Shown here piece after piece: positions 41,801 through 55,379 of a stretch of 64,000 nt of DNA. The DNA is from Massalongia carnosa (taxonomy: Eukaryota): positions 372,001 through 436,000 of the forward strand of contig OZ287072.1 in the NCBI GenBank assembly GCA_965645245.1. Direction: 5' to 3'. Within the stretch, counting starts at the first letter, position 1. Each line of letters begins with the position of its first letter. Under the pieces are notes generated by a model, which searched no databases, was not told the DNA's origin, and saw only the letters and a list, made by a program, of their open reading frames with translations. Position numbers and translations under genes: made by a program.

Positions 41801-43038
41801 AATATGATTAACTATCCTGAGCGTGCGTGTAGTAATAAGTCACAAAGGCTACTATGGTACTCCGTACGAAGTAGTTCATAGTTATAGGTGCTCCGCACCC
41901 GGTACGTCACCGTACCTACTTAGGCGCTCATGTATTGCGCCCGCTAGCTAGCAGTACTAGTTAAGTACCGCTGTAACAGTGCGTCGGAGGATTCGATTTT
42001 CTGACAACCACGATGCGATTCATCTAAAAGGCCCTGACGAGGACTTTTACACCAGTTATAGTTCGAGTCAAAGTCTCAGTTCCAGTGTCTAAATCATTGT
42101 TCTATTATCCTATTCATCCAGTCGATTCATGACGTTCTTGAATTCCCAGATCTTACCTCTTTGATTTTCTACTTATTTCATTTACCTCGAATCATTAAAG
42201 CTCTAAGGATAATGCCTTTCATCCTTTCATCAACTTCCCAAAGTCAGCATAAGCCAAAATTCATCATTTGAACTGCATCCTGAACCGTCAGACTATATCA
42301 GAAGTTGTTTAAATATAAAACTCCTCCGTAGAAAAATTCGCGCCGTTTACTTCGTCGATCTTGTCGATTTGCACTGAATCTTTCATTATGAGAATTATTC
42401 CGTTTAAATTCTGCGGAACCTTTTCCGGGAACAAAAAGGTTGTGAGTATGATAGTGGCCACAAAGTGAATTTCCGCCTCCCGAGTTCCCGTTTCTCCCAA
42501 CAAATTCTAAGAAAACTCAAACCTCCTTTGGGTTTCGTGCAGCAGTACTTCGTACCAACGCGAAGAAATAATCGTGCCACACCACCACCAGTACTTTTTT
42601 TCGCTTACTAAAAATGATTACTGGAGAAAACAAAACCACCACCCCACCGTTGGGCCAGCGCTAACAGGAATCGAACCTATTATGATAATAAATTAATTGA
42701 GGCAACTACTGGTGGTGTGGCTTTCGGAAATTCTGAACAGACTTCCCCGCAAGTTATCTCTAGCTTAGCGAAAAAGCGCCGGCACAACCCCGCCATCTCA
42801 GCGGTAGTGGGAGCTTGATATATTCGAGGCCCAAAGTCATTCATATGTGTTTGCCAATTTCAGTGTACCTTATCCATCCGCTGCATGTGCAACCCTTCAT
42901 AGCCAGAGAAGAATTTCTTCCGTATTTCGTTATTCTAAGTCTGTTTGCTACATGTGAAGAAGCAAGGCAAGGGACCATTATTTTCTATCCATAAGACCTT
43001 TCAATATATTGTACGCTCAGCTCAGTGTTGAAGAAACG

Positions 43039-44863
43039 ATGACTAAAGCAAATTTTGTCAACGAGACACCACAATCTCTCGACAGGCCTGAAGACAATGA
43101 AGTTTTCCATGATCAAGAGGTGGGGGTGGCAGTGGTTGATATTGAGAGGATTGATGAAGTGTATAGGTAACAACATTACTTTCTTGACTTGTCACGTAAA
43201 TACCAACTCATGGAAGAAACTAACTAGAGAATAGGAAGCTTGACTTACGAATTATACCGGGTAAGCCAATATCCTGTATTGGAAGATGTCGAGTTGACAG
43301 GAATAGCCTTCTGGGTTCTTTACTTTCTTTGCTCCGCGATCAGATCCAATGTCGGCTTAGCTCAGACCATGAATCTAGAAAAAAAGCATGATCTCAAATC
43401 AGAACTCCATTTAAAGCCAAAACAAGTTTCCACTGGTCTGGCGTTGTTCTACGTTTGCTATGTTATTTTCGATCTGCCTTCTAATCTCATAATGACAAGA
43501 TTAAGTCCACGCGTTTGGATGAGTCGAATCGTTATTGGTGTTGGTATCATTGGAAGCTGCATGGCTGCAATGAAAGCCGCTTGGAGTTTCTAGTAAGGAG
43601 ACTCCATTTGCATACGAGAAACCATAGCTAATCTCCGGCCAAAGCCTACTTCGCTTGCTCCTTGGAATCATTATTGCTGGTATGTGGCCAGGTATGGCGT
43701 ACTATCTTACCCTGTTCTATCCACCATCCCGCACAGGCAAGCGGATTGGGCAGTACTTTACAGCTGCTCAAGTCTCGGCTGCAGTCGTTGGTTTAGTGTC
43801 GGCAGGCTTTCAGAAAATGGACGGACTCCGTGGTCTGGTGGGTTTTCAATGGATGTTTTTATTATATGGTCTAGTTGGTATTTTTGCCGGTTTCGGTCTT
43901 CTGTGGTGGCTTCCAGACCGGCCCCTTCCCCCAGACGAAGCCCCAGTCCGTACTGGATACCATAAATGGATTCCACAAAGCCGACCTGCCCTGACTGGAG
44001 AAGATGCTCGCATTCATTATGAGGACTTAACGCGAGTCTATCGTCGTCGTAGTTGGGACGTGATGGATCTATGGCATGTACTGGTTGACTGGCGTCTATG
44101 GCCCTTAGTATTGATGTACTTTGGGGTAGTGGGTGTTGGTATCGGCGTTCAAAGTTATGCTACGGTAATCATACATGCTGCAAACCACAACTTGACAGGC
44201 GTGCAACTCAGTCTCTTATCGGCTCCAATCTGGATTGTAAGTTCATCTAGGTTTCACCTTAAAGGCAACCTGGACTTAACCTATGTCTAGATGGATCTTA
44301 TTGCTATTCTACTAGTTACCCCTTTCTCTGATCGCTTCCACCACCACCGCGCCTTGTTCTTTAGTGTTCCAGTTTGTATACAGATTGCCGGACTCCTCCT
44401 AACTACCTATGGCCGAAGTGCGTGGCCTCGATATGGTGGTCTCTTGATGGTTGGTTTCGGACTTGGACCCACTGTTCCTATCACGATGAGCTGGACGAAC
44501 CAGATTTTCCAGCGCCGACATGGTGAGGTTGGCGTAGCTGCTGCCTCTGCTTTGGTATCTGGGCTTGGCAATCTTGGCTCGATTTTAACAACATACGCTT
44601 TATTTACTGGATGGTTGTCGGACAGCACCCCCGGCAGAAAGATATATAGGAAGAGTACATTGGTTATGGTTGGGATCCTCTGTGTTTCTATACTGAGTTC
44701 GGTAGCCATGACACTGCTGCTCAAGTTCGTGGGCAACGGACCGACAGCAAAGCAGGTCAGTAGCAGGAGCTCAGTTAGCGAGGGCGAAGGGGCCATTATG
44801 GATGGAGCTGCAAAGCGTGAACTACTGGAAAGAGGCCTAGGACGATTGTGGTGGAGGAAGTAA
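43039..44863 (+). CDS. MFS transporter, anion:cation symporter (Dal5/Tna1 allantoate-permease-like) family
   Basis: YR|KLDLRIIP, RSNVGLA, FDLPSNLIM, YYLTLFYP, GLRGLVGFQWMF, WLPD; about 12 hydrophobic segments; four introns. Confidence 0.9.
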
Positions 44864-45319
44864 TTCCGTATCTGGAATGTTCATAACTTTAGTAGCTTTG
44901 CGGTTGTGGACCATGCATGGGGTTTATTTTAGAAAGAAATGGATTTGTATCTCGATGAAACCATTTTTGATGATCAGTCGCTCTTGCTCTATAGCCGCCA
45001 TATATACAGGACTTGCCAACAACCTTGAATAACGGTTTTTAGTTCCGGTCTCTGAAGCCGTGCAGAGTGACTGGGCTGCATTCCATGATTCGTCACGTGC
45101 ATTTTTGAAACTTGAATTTCAACCCCTCGAGTTACGTCAGCGGTTCGCCTGAGACAGCGGTCGTCATCATTCTGTTTGTTCTAGCAACATCCGGTATTCA
45201 TCCGACGAAGAATCAACATACAAATATTCCTTCTGCAAACTTCCTATTCGCATTGCGCCATCTCTCCTCTTTAAAGTCACACGCAAAGCTCTTCCAAAAC
45301 ACTTTTCCAAATATTTGTC

Positions 45320-45949
45320 ATGGCGAAGATAATCAATCTAGGCCTTAGAGGTTTACAGGTCAGTGTCAGAGCCTGCAGTACAGAATCCACGAACGCCACC
45401 TACTGACGCCATGATAGTTCTTATGGACTTTACTCATCCTCGCTCTGGTTGGCAACATGATTCATGACGCGAAAGCTGGCAACCCTTCAATAGTTAACTA
45501 CGTTATGTTCGCGGCAGTATTTGCTGCTCTTTCGCTTATATATCTCATTGCGGCAACAATCAGTAACTCATTTGCAATAAACCCGCTTTTCATGGTGATT
45601 GCCGATGCCTTGAACGTTTTGTTCTTCTTGATTGGTGGCATCGCTCTTGCCGCAAAACTACGTGTTCACTCCTGTGGCAATGATGTTTGTTCCCTGGGTT
45701 TTAGACTTGTACTTGGTTTGGAACACACTGACCTCTCCGTAGTTATACATAAATGCAAATCCGATCACCAATGGATCTCACAACCCCAGTAAGCGCTGTC
45801 ACGAGGCGCAAGCTATTACCGTGTTCCTCTGGTTCGGCTTCATCTCGTTTCTCGGGTCGCTCATATTCTCGACACTGGAAGCGCGCGAAGGAGGAACCAA
45901 TTTGCGTGGCGGTATTCGAAGAGGTCCGCCTGCCATGTCCCAGGCCTAG
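45320..45949 (+). CDS. NCE102: Non-classical export protein 102 / eisosome MARVEL tetraspan
   Basis: MAKIINLGLRGLQ|FLWTLL, NPSIVNYVMF, LRVHSC, NPITNG, KRCHEAQA, FLWF, GPPAMSQ; two introns. Confidence 0.9.
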
Positions 45950-47906
45950 GTGTGAGGTGAGCAGCATGCGCATTGTCATCGCTGCCACCGTGGGGAGAGC
46001 TTTGCTGACAGTAATGGGTTTTAGGTGGTGTGTAACGGCTTTTCTATATCGAATGCGCCGGCTTGCCATGCTACACCTGTATTCTTCAATATTGTGTCAA
46101 CCTAGCGCATCATGATTAGGGGGATCGGCGCCGTTTGAACTAGGGGATGGCGTTTCACTCGCTATAATGATGAGTTGCAGCGGACAGTCTTGAACTTTTC
46201 AGCACCTTCGGACGATGGATCACGTGTACTTTATGCGACAAGTAGAAATAAATAGCATTATTAATAATAACACCGACCTTTTCGAGGAAGCGATGAGCTT
46301 TCGACTAGGTGTTTCTTTTTTGGTTTACAGGGCAAAGGAGTAGGTACTGTGGCACCAGGAGTGTTTCTTCGGATTTCCAAGCCCAAGCACAATGATAGGA
46401 TGGTATGGGCACACCTATCCAAACAAAGGGCTTACCCTATTGAGGGAGATTGAGCTTGATCAGTCAAGCAGTTAAAATTATACCGAAGTATTTTGTCCTG
46501 TAACAACGGGTGGTCCTTCATCAAGCACTAGTGGATGCCCGAAGCCTAAAGGAACTACCTAGGCGCAAATGCATGACCTCATACAGTACATACATAAGCA
46601 CCTGACCGCCTAACTACTACACTACATATCATTGTATTTACCTACCTACGCTACTATTTGAGTTGCAAACTCTCTCGTTGCTCACTGATTTCTCTCTTCA
46701 TCACGCTCATGGCCCTCCCTTCCGTACCACTCAATACTTATAGATGCAAATGCTGGGTCGACCTCTGGAGGGCGCACACCCAAACTTTGACAGTCTCAGA
46801 AATCTCCACACAAGCAGACTTTATGCTAAGGAAAAGTAGGAACGAAGGACTTCTTCTTGACAATTCTATTTGTCCTGGCCATTTTCGAGCAAGTCACCGG
46901 TGCAGGGTTTTATACCACCTTTGCGGTGCGGTGAGAAAGAGTTTTTAGCACCTTGCACCGTGATTTTGCTCACCCACTCAAAGTCAGCCAAGTATTATGT
47001 TTAGAGATTCTTGGGATATTGAGAATATGTTTAATGAAACAGCTTATATAACCCAATAGACACCCATTGGGTTGCACCCCTGGAAAGTCGGGCATCGATG
47101 CGTCAAAACTTTGGAGCCTTACGCCACTCTAGCTGCCAGGACGTAATTTCATCCATCACCGTTGCTGCTTCAGGTCTCCGGGGTATCGTATATATTTTAT
47201 TATGTCTGATCTTGGGGGGGTTTTTTTGCCAACACACACTTGCCTAGTTGCCTTAAATGAATCTAGGAGCCGCAGCATGATTAAAAATGAATGATCCCCT
47301 TCTGTCCATCCCCTTATGAGAAATTTCTCGCTGCTTGTTTTTCATAAATCTCGTTGTTCTGCCTTCATATATTCGTCATTTGCCATATATAGGTACACAA
47401 TACTCGATTATATTGATTCATCCCGGATTCAAGTAATTAAGCATCATCTAAACTACTACATCAATAGGATCCCTGAGTATAACCTTGGTTCGTGGTTTTT
47501 ATCCTAACGAAGCACCTTTTCAGTCAAGTTCTTGAGTGTTCTTTATTTCGCCAGAAGGAGAGGATCCCGTTCCGGATTTCCAGGCCACCGTGAAACTCTT
47601 CATTGGTCCAACACACTTGCTTGTTGGATTCATATCGGGAAAACACACCCTATCCTAAATACTTTGTGTGTGCCGGTAGGATCAAACCCAATCCAAGAAG
47701 TTGGCTGGCATCCACATTATCCATGGACGTTTAGATTGAAGCTCTAGATATTCCTAGAAAGCAGTGACGTGACATTGCCAACCAAGACAGCTTATCCTCA
47801 TTGATCAACGCTGAGGAACTTCTAGGCAGCCGTTTATTTGGCTATTGCTCGATAGCACAAAGACTGAGTGGCATAACTCCCAATTTCCGCAGTTGGATCA
47901 TGCTCA

Positions 47907-48944
47907 ATGGATAGGACAGGCCAATACCCAAAATTTCAGGACCAAACTTATGGCATGAACGAGATCGCCGGCTCGAATCTTTACCATCCTCTTCCTAAAG
48001 AGTTTAGGCCGGCTCCCCATCCTTCATTAACCCTGCATGGGTTCTTCTCAGATGATGTGCCCCAATGTCCAGCTCTAGGTAACCTTTCCACCGGGAGTAT
48101 CGAGGGTCAAACTTTTGTCCCATCTTTGGATCACGAATACGGAGGAAAACTCAACTATGGGACTCTTGTTCCAAGCAGAGTGAGCAACCAGGAACTTTCA
48201 CGCCAGATAAACCCGTCTGAATTTAATGAGACTTCCGTGCAACATTTATGGGATGCATCGACCCATATAGATCATGATAACTGGGCCCGGCCTAGTCAGT
48301 GTTGGTTGCCCGATCCCTTACATATAGAGGTTTGGTGGATCTTGAACCTATCATCGTCCCGAGAAAAAGTGCATATGCTTATACGCAGGGACAGCATTTT
48401 CCAAGTTAAATGCTAATCACGGGGTGTTATCTACAGTTGGTAGTGGCCATGTCATTGGTTTGTCTTCGCCCCCTACTGTATCAGGTCAAGCATTGTCCTC
48501 TAGAATGGTAGATTACCTTGGTTCACCAGTATCCTCCGGTTGGCAGCCATTACCAGTACCAAAGCGGAAACCCACAGCCATAGGAGGTCAAGGGAAAGAT
48601 GTCAAAGGGTCGTTGTTCCAAGTCCTCGATGCAAACCTGCTTCCTATTAGGACACCGAGAAAACGGAAATTCACCCGATCGGAGAAGAGACGTATCAACA
48701 AAGTGAGGAGAGTTGGTGCCTGCGAAAAGTGCAGGAAGAAGCACCGCAAGGTAGGTTAAAGTTTCTTGGAGAAGACTGGGTTGAAGTTCTCACAGGGAAA
48801 TAGTGTTGGGATGTGGCAATAGATGACGAGGAGGCTTACCCGGCCACTCCGGATGATGGTGGACCCAAGACACCGGTCTTGAATGCGCTAATCGACGTCA
48901 TGGTGTTCTCTCCGTCTCAGGAGTTTGATGGCAAGTTCCCATAG
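47907..48944 (+). CDS. Putative transcription-factor-like protein with a half Zn2Cys6 motif
   Basis: Basic stretch RKRKFTRSEKRRINKVRRVGACEKCRKKHRK|C after splicing at 48751-48802. First intron possibly GTCAGT 48295-48437. Model uncertain. Confidence 0.5.
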
Positions 48945-49764
48945 AGATCGTGACGGTCTGAAGTAAGGTTGGGCCTCCAGATGCACTGGACGACTAATGC
49001 TAATTTAAGCCAGAGATTTTGGACAAATGCTATTATACCACTTGTATTTCCTCAAGTGTTTGCAAGAATCCCTTGACTACCCAGCTTGGACCGACCCTTG
49101 GTAAAGACTTAGGCCAACCATTGCTAAAGGTTGCCTATAACTTCATCCTAATGTTACCTGGTGCATCCTATGGCATGGATCCGTTACTCTTCATCGGCCA
49201 CGATGCCAGGTCAGAAAAGCCTTTGTACAAGATAGTTTCTCTGTATTGTGTTCTCTATTTTCCTTTCGCTATTACTAACTTCCACAACTTCTTATCTATT
49301 ATCACTGCCGCTGTCTGGAGAAAACCTTTATCCTGGAAAGCCACATCAGGAGTTAGTAGCTACCCTTGGCCCAAGATACTGTTGTGGTTCAGCCTTCCAG
49401 GACTGAGTTGGGGTATTTGTATTTATTCTCTTATATCTTTATACCTCTTACTCCTCATAACATGTATTGAACACAGACATCCCTTCTCCACCGCCGTCGC
49501 CATTGTAGATACCAACACGTATTCCCCTTAAGGACTTGTAGATGGCGAATATAGATCACTTTGTCAACAACGATGAAACCCACTTCTTTGCGTGGCATTC
49601 GGCGGGAACGTGGGATCCCTCTTTGGATATTGTAATCTGTTAGTTTTAGTAAGTTGCTTCTGTTAGCCCCCAAGCCGTATAGTCCCAATATCTTCCCGGT
49701 AAGCTATATCGGCCCGTACTGCCACATCCTCACTCTCCACGGGGGCATATATTACCCTCGTGAC

Positions 49765-50367
49765 TTAAAGCGACGCCGCAACCTCGACTGCCCCCGCAGC
49801 TCTAAAAACTCTCTTGCTCGTGATAACCACCTCTACCGGATACTTCCATTCGACAAATCGCGTCCATCCTAAATCCCACCAACAGCAACCGAATTAGCAA
49901 AACCAACCCACCCATCGCCATTCATCACTAACTATCACATAGCAACCTTGTGGGGTTTTTCCTCCAAAGCCCCGTCCCCCCCGGCATGGAAGGAAACCTA
50001 GGCTTGGCTGCAGAGGGAAATGGACAAAGAAAAGAAGGAAAGGAGACGACCAACCCCAAACGGCACACCTCCGCCCAAAATATTTGCCCACGTACGGCAC
50101 CACGACCATCGTTAGCAGCAGCTCTAGCTGCTGCAGGGATTCCTTCCACTCGCGCTCGGCGTCCGATTCCCCCTCCCTGTTCCGTTCCCGTTCCTGGCCA
50201 TCGTCCTCGTCATCATCTTCTTCTGCGTCTGATTCTTCGCCGTCGCGGGAAGAGGAGGAGGAGGTGGTGGTAGTTGGGGTTGATGGGAGGGAATCAATTT
50301 CGTTGTTGTTGGTTGATAGGGAAGCGGGAGGCGGAACAAGGGTGAAGGAGGAGTTTGTAGAGGACAT
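49765..50367 (-). CDS. MIM2: Mitochondrial import protein Mim2
   Basis: Acidic N-terminus, then SDAEREWKESLQQLELLLTMVVVPYVGKYFGRRCA; spliced tail GWTRFVEWKYPVEVV. Confidence 0.85.
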
Positions 50368-50852
50368 TTTCTTCTTCTTTTTCCCCGGATGGGTTGCTGT
50401 GAGGGGATTGAGGGAGGGCTTAAGAGTTACATAGTGGTGGTGGAGGTGGACGTTGGATTTAGAGTGGGTTGATGATGGGCAGTGGTTGTTGGGTTGGAGG
50501 ATTTGGCGATTCGTGGTTTGAGGGTAAATAGTGGGGTTGGTAGTCAGTTTGCAACCGTTCAGGAATCAACTCATTAGCTGTTTGCAAAAAGCCATGATTC
50601 ATTTGGGACATTAGTAGTGGGCAAAATTTATCTCTAAAAGTCAAGGATTTCGCGGCTCATGTTCTAATTTTACATAGTTGTGTGCTCCAGGCTGGCAGTA
50701 TGGATTTGGGAATTTCTTCACACTCAGCCACCGTGATAAATTTTACCTGAATCACTGCCGATATCTCCTACGAGGAAAGAAATCCTTGCTGAGCAGTGAC
50801 ACCCACTTTGCAATCCCCAACCGACGCTGTTCCCGGCGATTTCGATGGCAAA

Positions 50853-51277
50853 TTACTCAGATCCGCTCTCATCCGGCATCTGCTGCGTGTTCGCGAGCTC
50901 CTAAAATGGTTTGTCCAGACTTTCAATCAGCGGCCCAAACCCCATGGATCCCTTCTCTTCGTGAATCGTGCGCAAGCTCCTAGCCCCAGCAGTGCATCGC
51001 ATGTGCCACTCACCTCTTCAAGTCTTGCTTTGAGGCGACTCAGTTGACTTTCTTTGATGACGATGGTTTGGTCGTCGAGATCTTCGACGATATAATCGTG
51101 TTTGTCCTGGTCGATTTTGAGGATTATGGCCTTGATGGAGGGATCGCATTCCACGAGAACGCCTGAAAGGGTTGGCGGAAGTCATTAGCTTTTACACGAA
51201 TAGTAACAGTCCCATGGCGCCAATGTGCGCGTGTAGAGGGAGAGAGGCATTTGCACACCTTTGACGGCTTTTGGCAT
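50853..51277 (-). CDS. TFB5: TFIIH subunit 5 (TTD-A/p8)
   Basis: MPKAVKG|VLVECDPSIKAIILKID...YIVEDLDD...LKARLEE|ELANTQ; two introns. Confidence 0.92.
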
Positions 51278-51795
51278 GGCAAATAGTGAGGACAAAACTG
51301 TCGGAATTGTTACGATCTTGCTTTGCTTCTTCGTACAATCGGAGAGGCCTCCTTAGCGGTATGATTGGCCAAGATCTTAGTCATCATTCACATGCAAGTT
51401 CCGTCATGGAGGTCGATTTCAAATATCCGGCTTTCCCGGCTGTGTTGGACAGGAGATTTGCCTGAGAACAATCTTAAGCAGTCAAGGCCATGATCGTCCA
51501 TTTTTTCTCATTCACTGGTGAATGAGAACGGAGATCGTTCTCTTCTCACCATCTTTAACTCGTCATTCCTTCCAACCACTCCTTTCCTCGTTCTTCTAGC
51601 TATCACCGTTTCGAGCGCTCGGATTCATACCTTGAGGCAATCTAGAGCCAAGCTTGATCAGAACCCATTATCACAAGATCATCTAGACAATTGATCACAC
51701 CCTAGACGGCCATATTCTGGATGCTTCAAACCATCTTCGCCAACGATCACGATTACCTCGCCTGATGGTAAAGTCAACTATCAGCATCCATAAAT

Positions 51796-52320
51796 ATGTC
51801 AAATTCACCAGCCGCTACCCCAGTTGTCGCTTTCCCCACATCTGCCTCATTCCATGCGGCCGACACCACCTCGTTCCCCACAGCCTTGGTGAACGATGAC
51901 TTATCCAACGACAGCTCACCCCCCGGTGGCACTATCCCATCGACTTCCTCTTCTAATCTCTTGAACTACTATTTCCTCCTTTTGGCCGTTGTCGTCATTC
52001 TATTTTTTCTGGCCTATTACATGATCTCCCGCCGCCGCAAGCAAAAGCTTGCGCATCAGCGCTCGACAGGACAAAACGCTTTGGCTCGGGATCTGGAAGG
52101 CTGGGCTGGGGCAAGAAGATGGGCTGGAGGGAGGTGGAGGGGAGGAGGAAGAGACGAGATAGAGGGATTGGATGAGAGAGGAGAAGCGCCACCACCGTAT
52201 ATGCCCAAAGTCCCCGAGCGGGCGGTGATTGGGAATGGTGGAGAACATGGGATTCCCTTAAGGGGGTTGGGGGAACAGAGGAAGCCACCGGATTATCAAG
52301 AGACGGCTACTCCCCGTTAA
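51796..52320 (+). CDS. Single-pass membrane protein with PPxY motifs
   Basis: Ser/Thr-rich N-terminus, TM helix YYFLLLAVVVILFFLAYYMI, basic stop-transfer, then EGLDERGEAPPPY and KPPDY. Confidence 0.8.
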   Translation: MSNSPAATPVVAFPTSASFHAADTTSFPTALVNDDLSNDSSPPGGTIPSTSSSNLLNYYFLLLAVVVILFFLAYYMISRRRKQKLAHQRSTGQNALARDLEGWAGARRWAGGRWRGGGRDEIEGLDERGEAPPPYMPKVPERAVIGNGGEHGIPLRGLGEQRKPPDYQETATPR

Positions 52321-53017
52321 GATGCGGCCAAAAGGGATCGGGAAACCATGACGAGTTTTGGCATAAAGGTCATCGAGTTTGCTAGGTTTTACACTTCAAG
52401 ATCACACCTTCCCTTCTCTGATCTTTCGTTTGGGCATGGCTTGCAAGCCTCTATGGCGTATGATCGACTGGGAAGCACTCCACATCGCTACAGGCAAAAT
52501 CACACTAAGGTGATCTTTTATCTCAACACCTGTGGGGGCCTTGTCAAACAGAATCTCTTTCACAACATGATCGAAAAATTCCAGCCAAAACTCAGCATTC
52601 TCCAACCAAACGTCCAGACTTCACCAGAACTTACCCCCTATCCAATCATGTTTCATTCTTAGCCATTCATCCTTGTCTTATTTATTTTAGCCGCAATAGC
52701 GCTATGCTCGACCATCATAACGACACATTCATCATCTCAAGCATTCAGCCGGCACGGGAATAGACAGAGGGGCTAGGTATGGAGGGTTTTTGTATTTTCT
52801 TACATCCAAGGTTTTCTTTTGGACGATTATGGCACAAATACCGGAGGGCTTTTGTATTTTATTTTTACCAGGCAGCGGCGAAAGCTCCATCGAAGGGAGA
52901 ACTTTGTGAGAGGTGGGGGGGTGTAAAGGGAAGCGGGATACGAGTCTCGAGAATTGTTCTTTATTGCCTGATTTGCATGGCGAAACGACTTCTCCTCACC
53001 AGGCAGGCTTTGCTGCT

Positions 53018-53021
<4 letters not shown>

Positions 53022-53049
<28 letters not shown>
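53022..53049. repeat. (TG)n microsatellite
   Basis: About 14 perfect TG units; a second (TG)12 tract lies at 53650-53674. Confidence 0.95.
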
Positions 53050-53050
<1 letters not shown>

Positions 53051-54363
53051 TACCTACCTACTTACACCTTTATTGCAGTGCCCTTTAAAATGCCCTGGAT
53101 GTATGCACTCGATTGCTTCTGCCGCAACCGGAACAGTTTCCCTGTCCCTCCCTTCCTTCCCTCACCCTTCTCTGCCTTGAAATGAACCCCTTTCCCTTTT
53201 TTTAATCCCCCTTTCCCCCACCAAAAAATCACAATGAAAGCAACATCTTATTATGTATACCTGCCTTCTTTTTTCCCCCTCCTCCGCCCCCCAGATACCT
53301 ACCTACTTACTACCTATACATATTCCGCCAAGAAGGGCCCCTCCGCCTGGGAACTGGAATAGGGGAAGGGGTTCAGTACAGATTTTACACATAGCAGGCT
53401 GAACCTTTTTTTTTCTTTGGGGACTTTACTTAGGTATGGGAGCGGGCGATATGGTTTTTTTGTTTGTTTTGTTTTTCGTCTTTAAAAAAAAATTAAGAAA
53501 ATAAGAAAGTGGAAAAATATCTACGTACAGGGCAAGAACCTTTGCCTTTTTACGGGACCTCGTCTCTAAGTTGCTCGATACATATAATATGTATATATAC
53601 AGTAAGTACAGAGCTAGGTATTACCTAACTAAGAGCCACAGAGAGAGAATGTGTGTGTGTGTGTGTGTGTGTGTCTGCCGTCCTTCTTTCTGTGCAATTA
53701 GTGCCTCGCGTTCCCATCTGGGGGAGGTAACTCTCCTTTCTATCTAGTACTAGTATAAACTAGACGCCCTACTTTTTTTTACTCGTCCAAGGCGTAAGAA
53801 GACGTGTGCGAACTGGGCTGGTCTCTTGCCGCATTCCTTGGGAAAGTTCGGCTGTCGCTTTTTCCGGCTGAGATGTCTACCCTATCAAGGTTTTTCGCGA
53901 AGGACTTGGTTTTTGGGGGGGGGGGGAGTTCTTTCGGGTTGGATGGGTAAGATCGCTGGGGCACTGTTTCGATTAACAGTGGTGGGATTTTTATTCGTTG
54001 AGATTTTGCTGTGGCATTGTCTTCTTCCAACTTGAAAACTTGACGCTGTAAATTGGTTACCTCGTTTCGATCTGGCCTCTTGCCATGAAGAATATAAGAT
54101 GCAGCGGGATATCTCGTAGTTTTAAGAGATTTTTTTTTTGGAGAGGACTTTCCTGAAATAAACATTAGGCCCTTTGGACATAATGGCGCGTGGGATTGGT
54201 ATCACGTCAACTAAAGACAGATTTGGTCATACCCTATCGAATTAGCGCTCTTCCAGAAAGTCTGTGACAACTGCGTCATTGGGCTTTGGTTGCAGTGACG
54301 AAACCACCCTGGAGCGAAAGGTTTTTGGGGGGTTGAGGAGAAAGAGCCGTGTTTTGATATTGG

Positions 54364-55379
54364 TTATAGCTTCTCGAAACGAGGTTTCCGTTTCTGTATT
54401 CCTGCTGTCATGGCGGCGGCCACGTCGGCGGTTTGTAACATCGCGCTATTCCAAACGCTGGTGTAGCGTAGACCTAGTTATATCACTCGTTAGCTTTGGA
54501 CCACCCCTGAAATGCAAAGCCTCTCCAGAAAGGCCGACAACAGATACTGTTGTAAAAATAACACCCATACCATCGCGCACACTGTGCTCCCGGCTCCAAT
54601 TTAGCAACTCCTTGGTTCCTTGGACCGCTACTGGGCTCTTCTCCGCCACCAAGGCCGTCCAGCGCATTGCTTCCTCCATTACCGCTTCCTTTCCCTTCTT
54701 CTCCGCTACCCAGCTCACAAGCCCAACCTTACCCGCTTCCTCCGCGCCAAACACCCTCCCGCTCAAACACACATCTTTCACCCAGCTGCCAGCGCCTACC
54801 ACCTTTCCTAGCCGACTCAGAGTTCCGATGTCGGCCGCAATCCCAATCTCTACCTCTTTAACCGCGAAGCGCGTGTCGGCAGCGCACATACGCACATCAC
54901 AGCACACAGCAATGTCGATGCCGAGCCCAAGCGTGTAGCCATGAAGGGCAGCGATAACGGGCTTCTCGCAGCGCTCGACGGTCGAGATGCAGTCTTGAAA
55001 CTCGATGATATGGCGACGTATATCGGCTGCGATGCGTGCGCTGTCTTTCTCGGGGGTTGAGGAGGTAGAAGAGGATTTAGGAGCAAGAGTGCTGGATTGA
55101 GAGGCGGCAAGAACGTCGAGGCCTGTGGTGAAAGCTTTTGGGCCGGCGCCAGATAGGACAATGACGCGGCTTAAAGGGTCGTAGGAGAGGCGGGTGAAGA
55201 TGGTGCGGAATTCGAGCCACATTCTAGCCGGGGAGGGTTAGCACGGGGAACTCTTGCTTGGAAGGGGAAATTTACGGCTCAATAAAAGCGTTCAGTTTCT
55301 CTGGGCGGTGGATTTCGACATGTGCGACGAAGGGGAGGGGATAGCTGACATTAAAGTAACTGTAAGAAGGCAGTTCCAT
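54364..55379 (-). CDS. Delta3,5-Delta2,4-dienoyl-CoA isomerase (enoyl-CoA hydratase superfamily, ECH1-like)
   Basis: RPEKLNAF, AFTTGLD, KPVIAALHG, KEVEIGIAADIGTLSRL, KSPVAVQGTK; spliced tail GLRYTSVWNSAMLQTAD...RFEKL (PTS1-like); two introns. Confidence 0.9.

Noticed and set aside
42640..42721. Complete tRNA gene
   Set aside because: Only a T-arm is present; acceptor, D and anticodon arms could not be folded.
49019..49531. 170-aa hydrophobic ORF
   Set aside because: Starts at TTG, has no motif, and lies in the probable 3' region of the upstream gene; coding status unsupported.
53779..54165. 128-aa minus-strand ORF, possible retroelement gag relic
   Set aside because: No LTRs, zinc knuckle or pol motifs; contains homopolymer runs.
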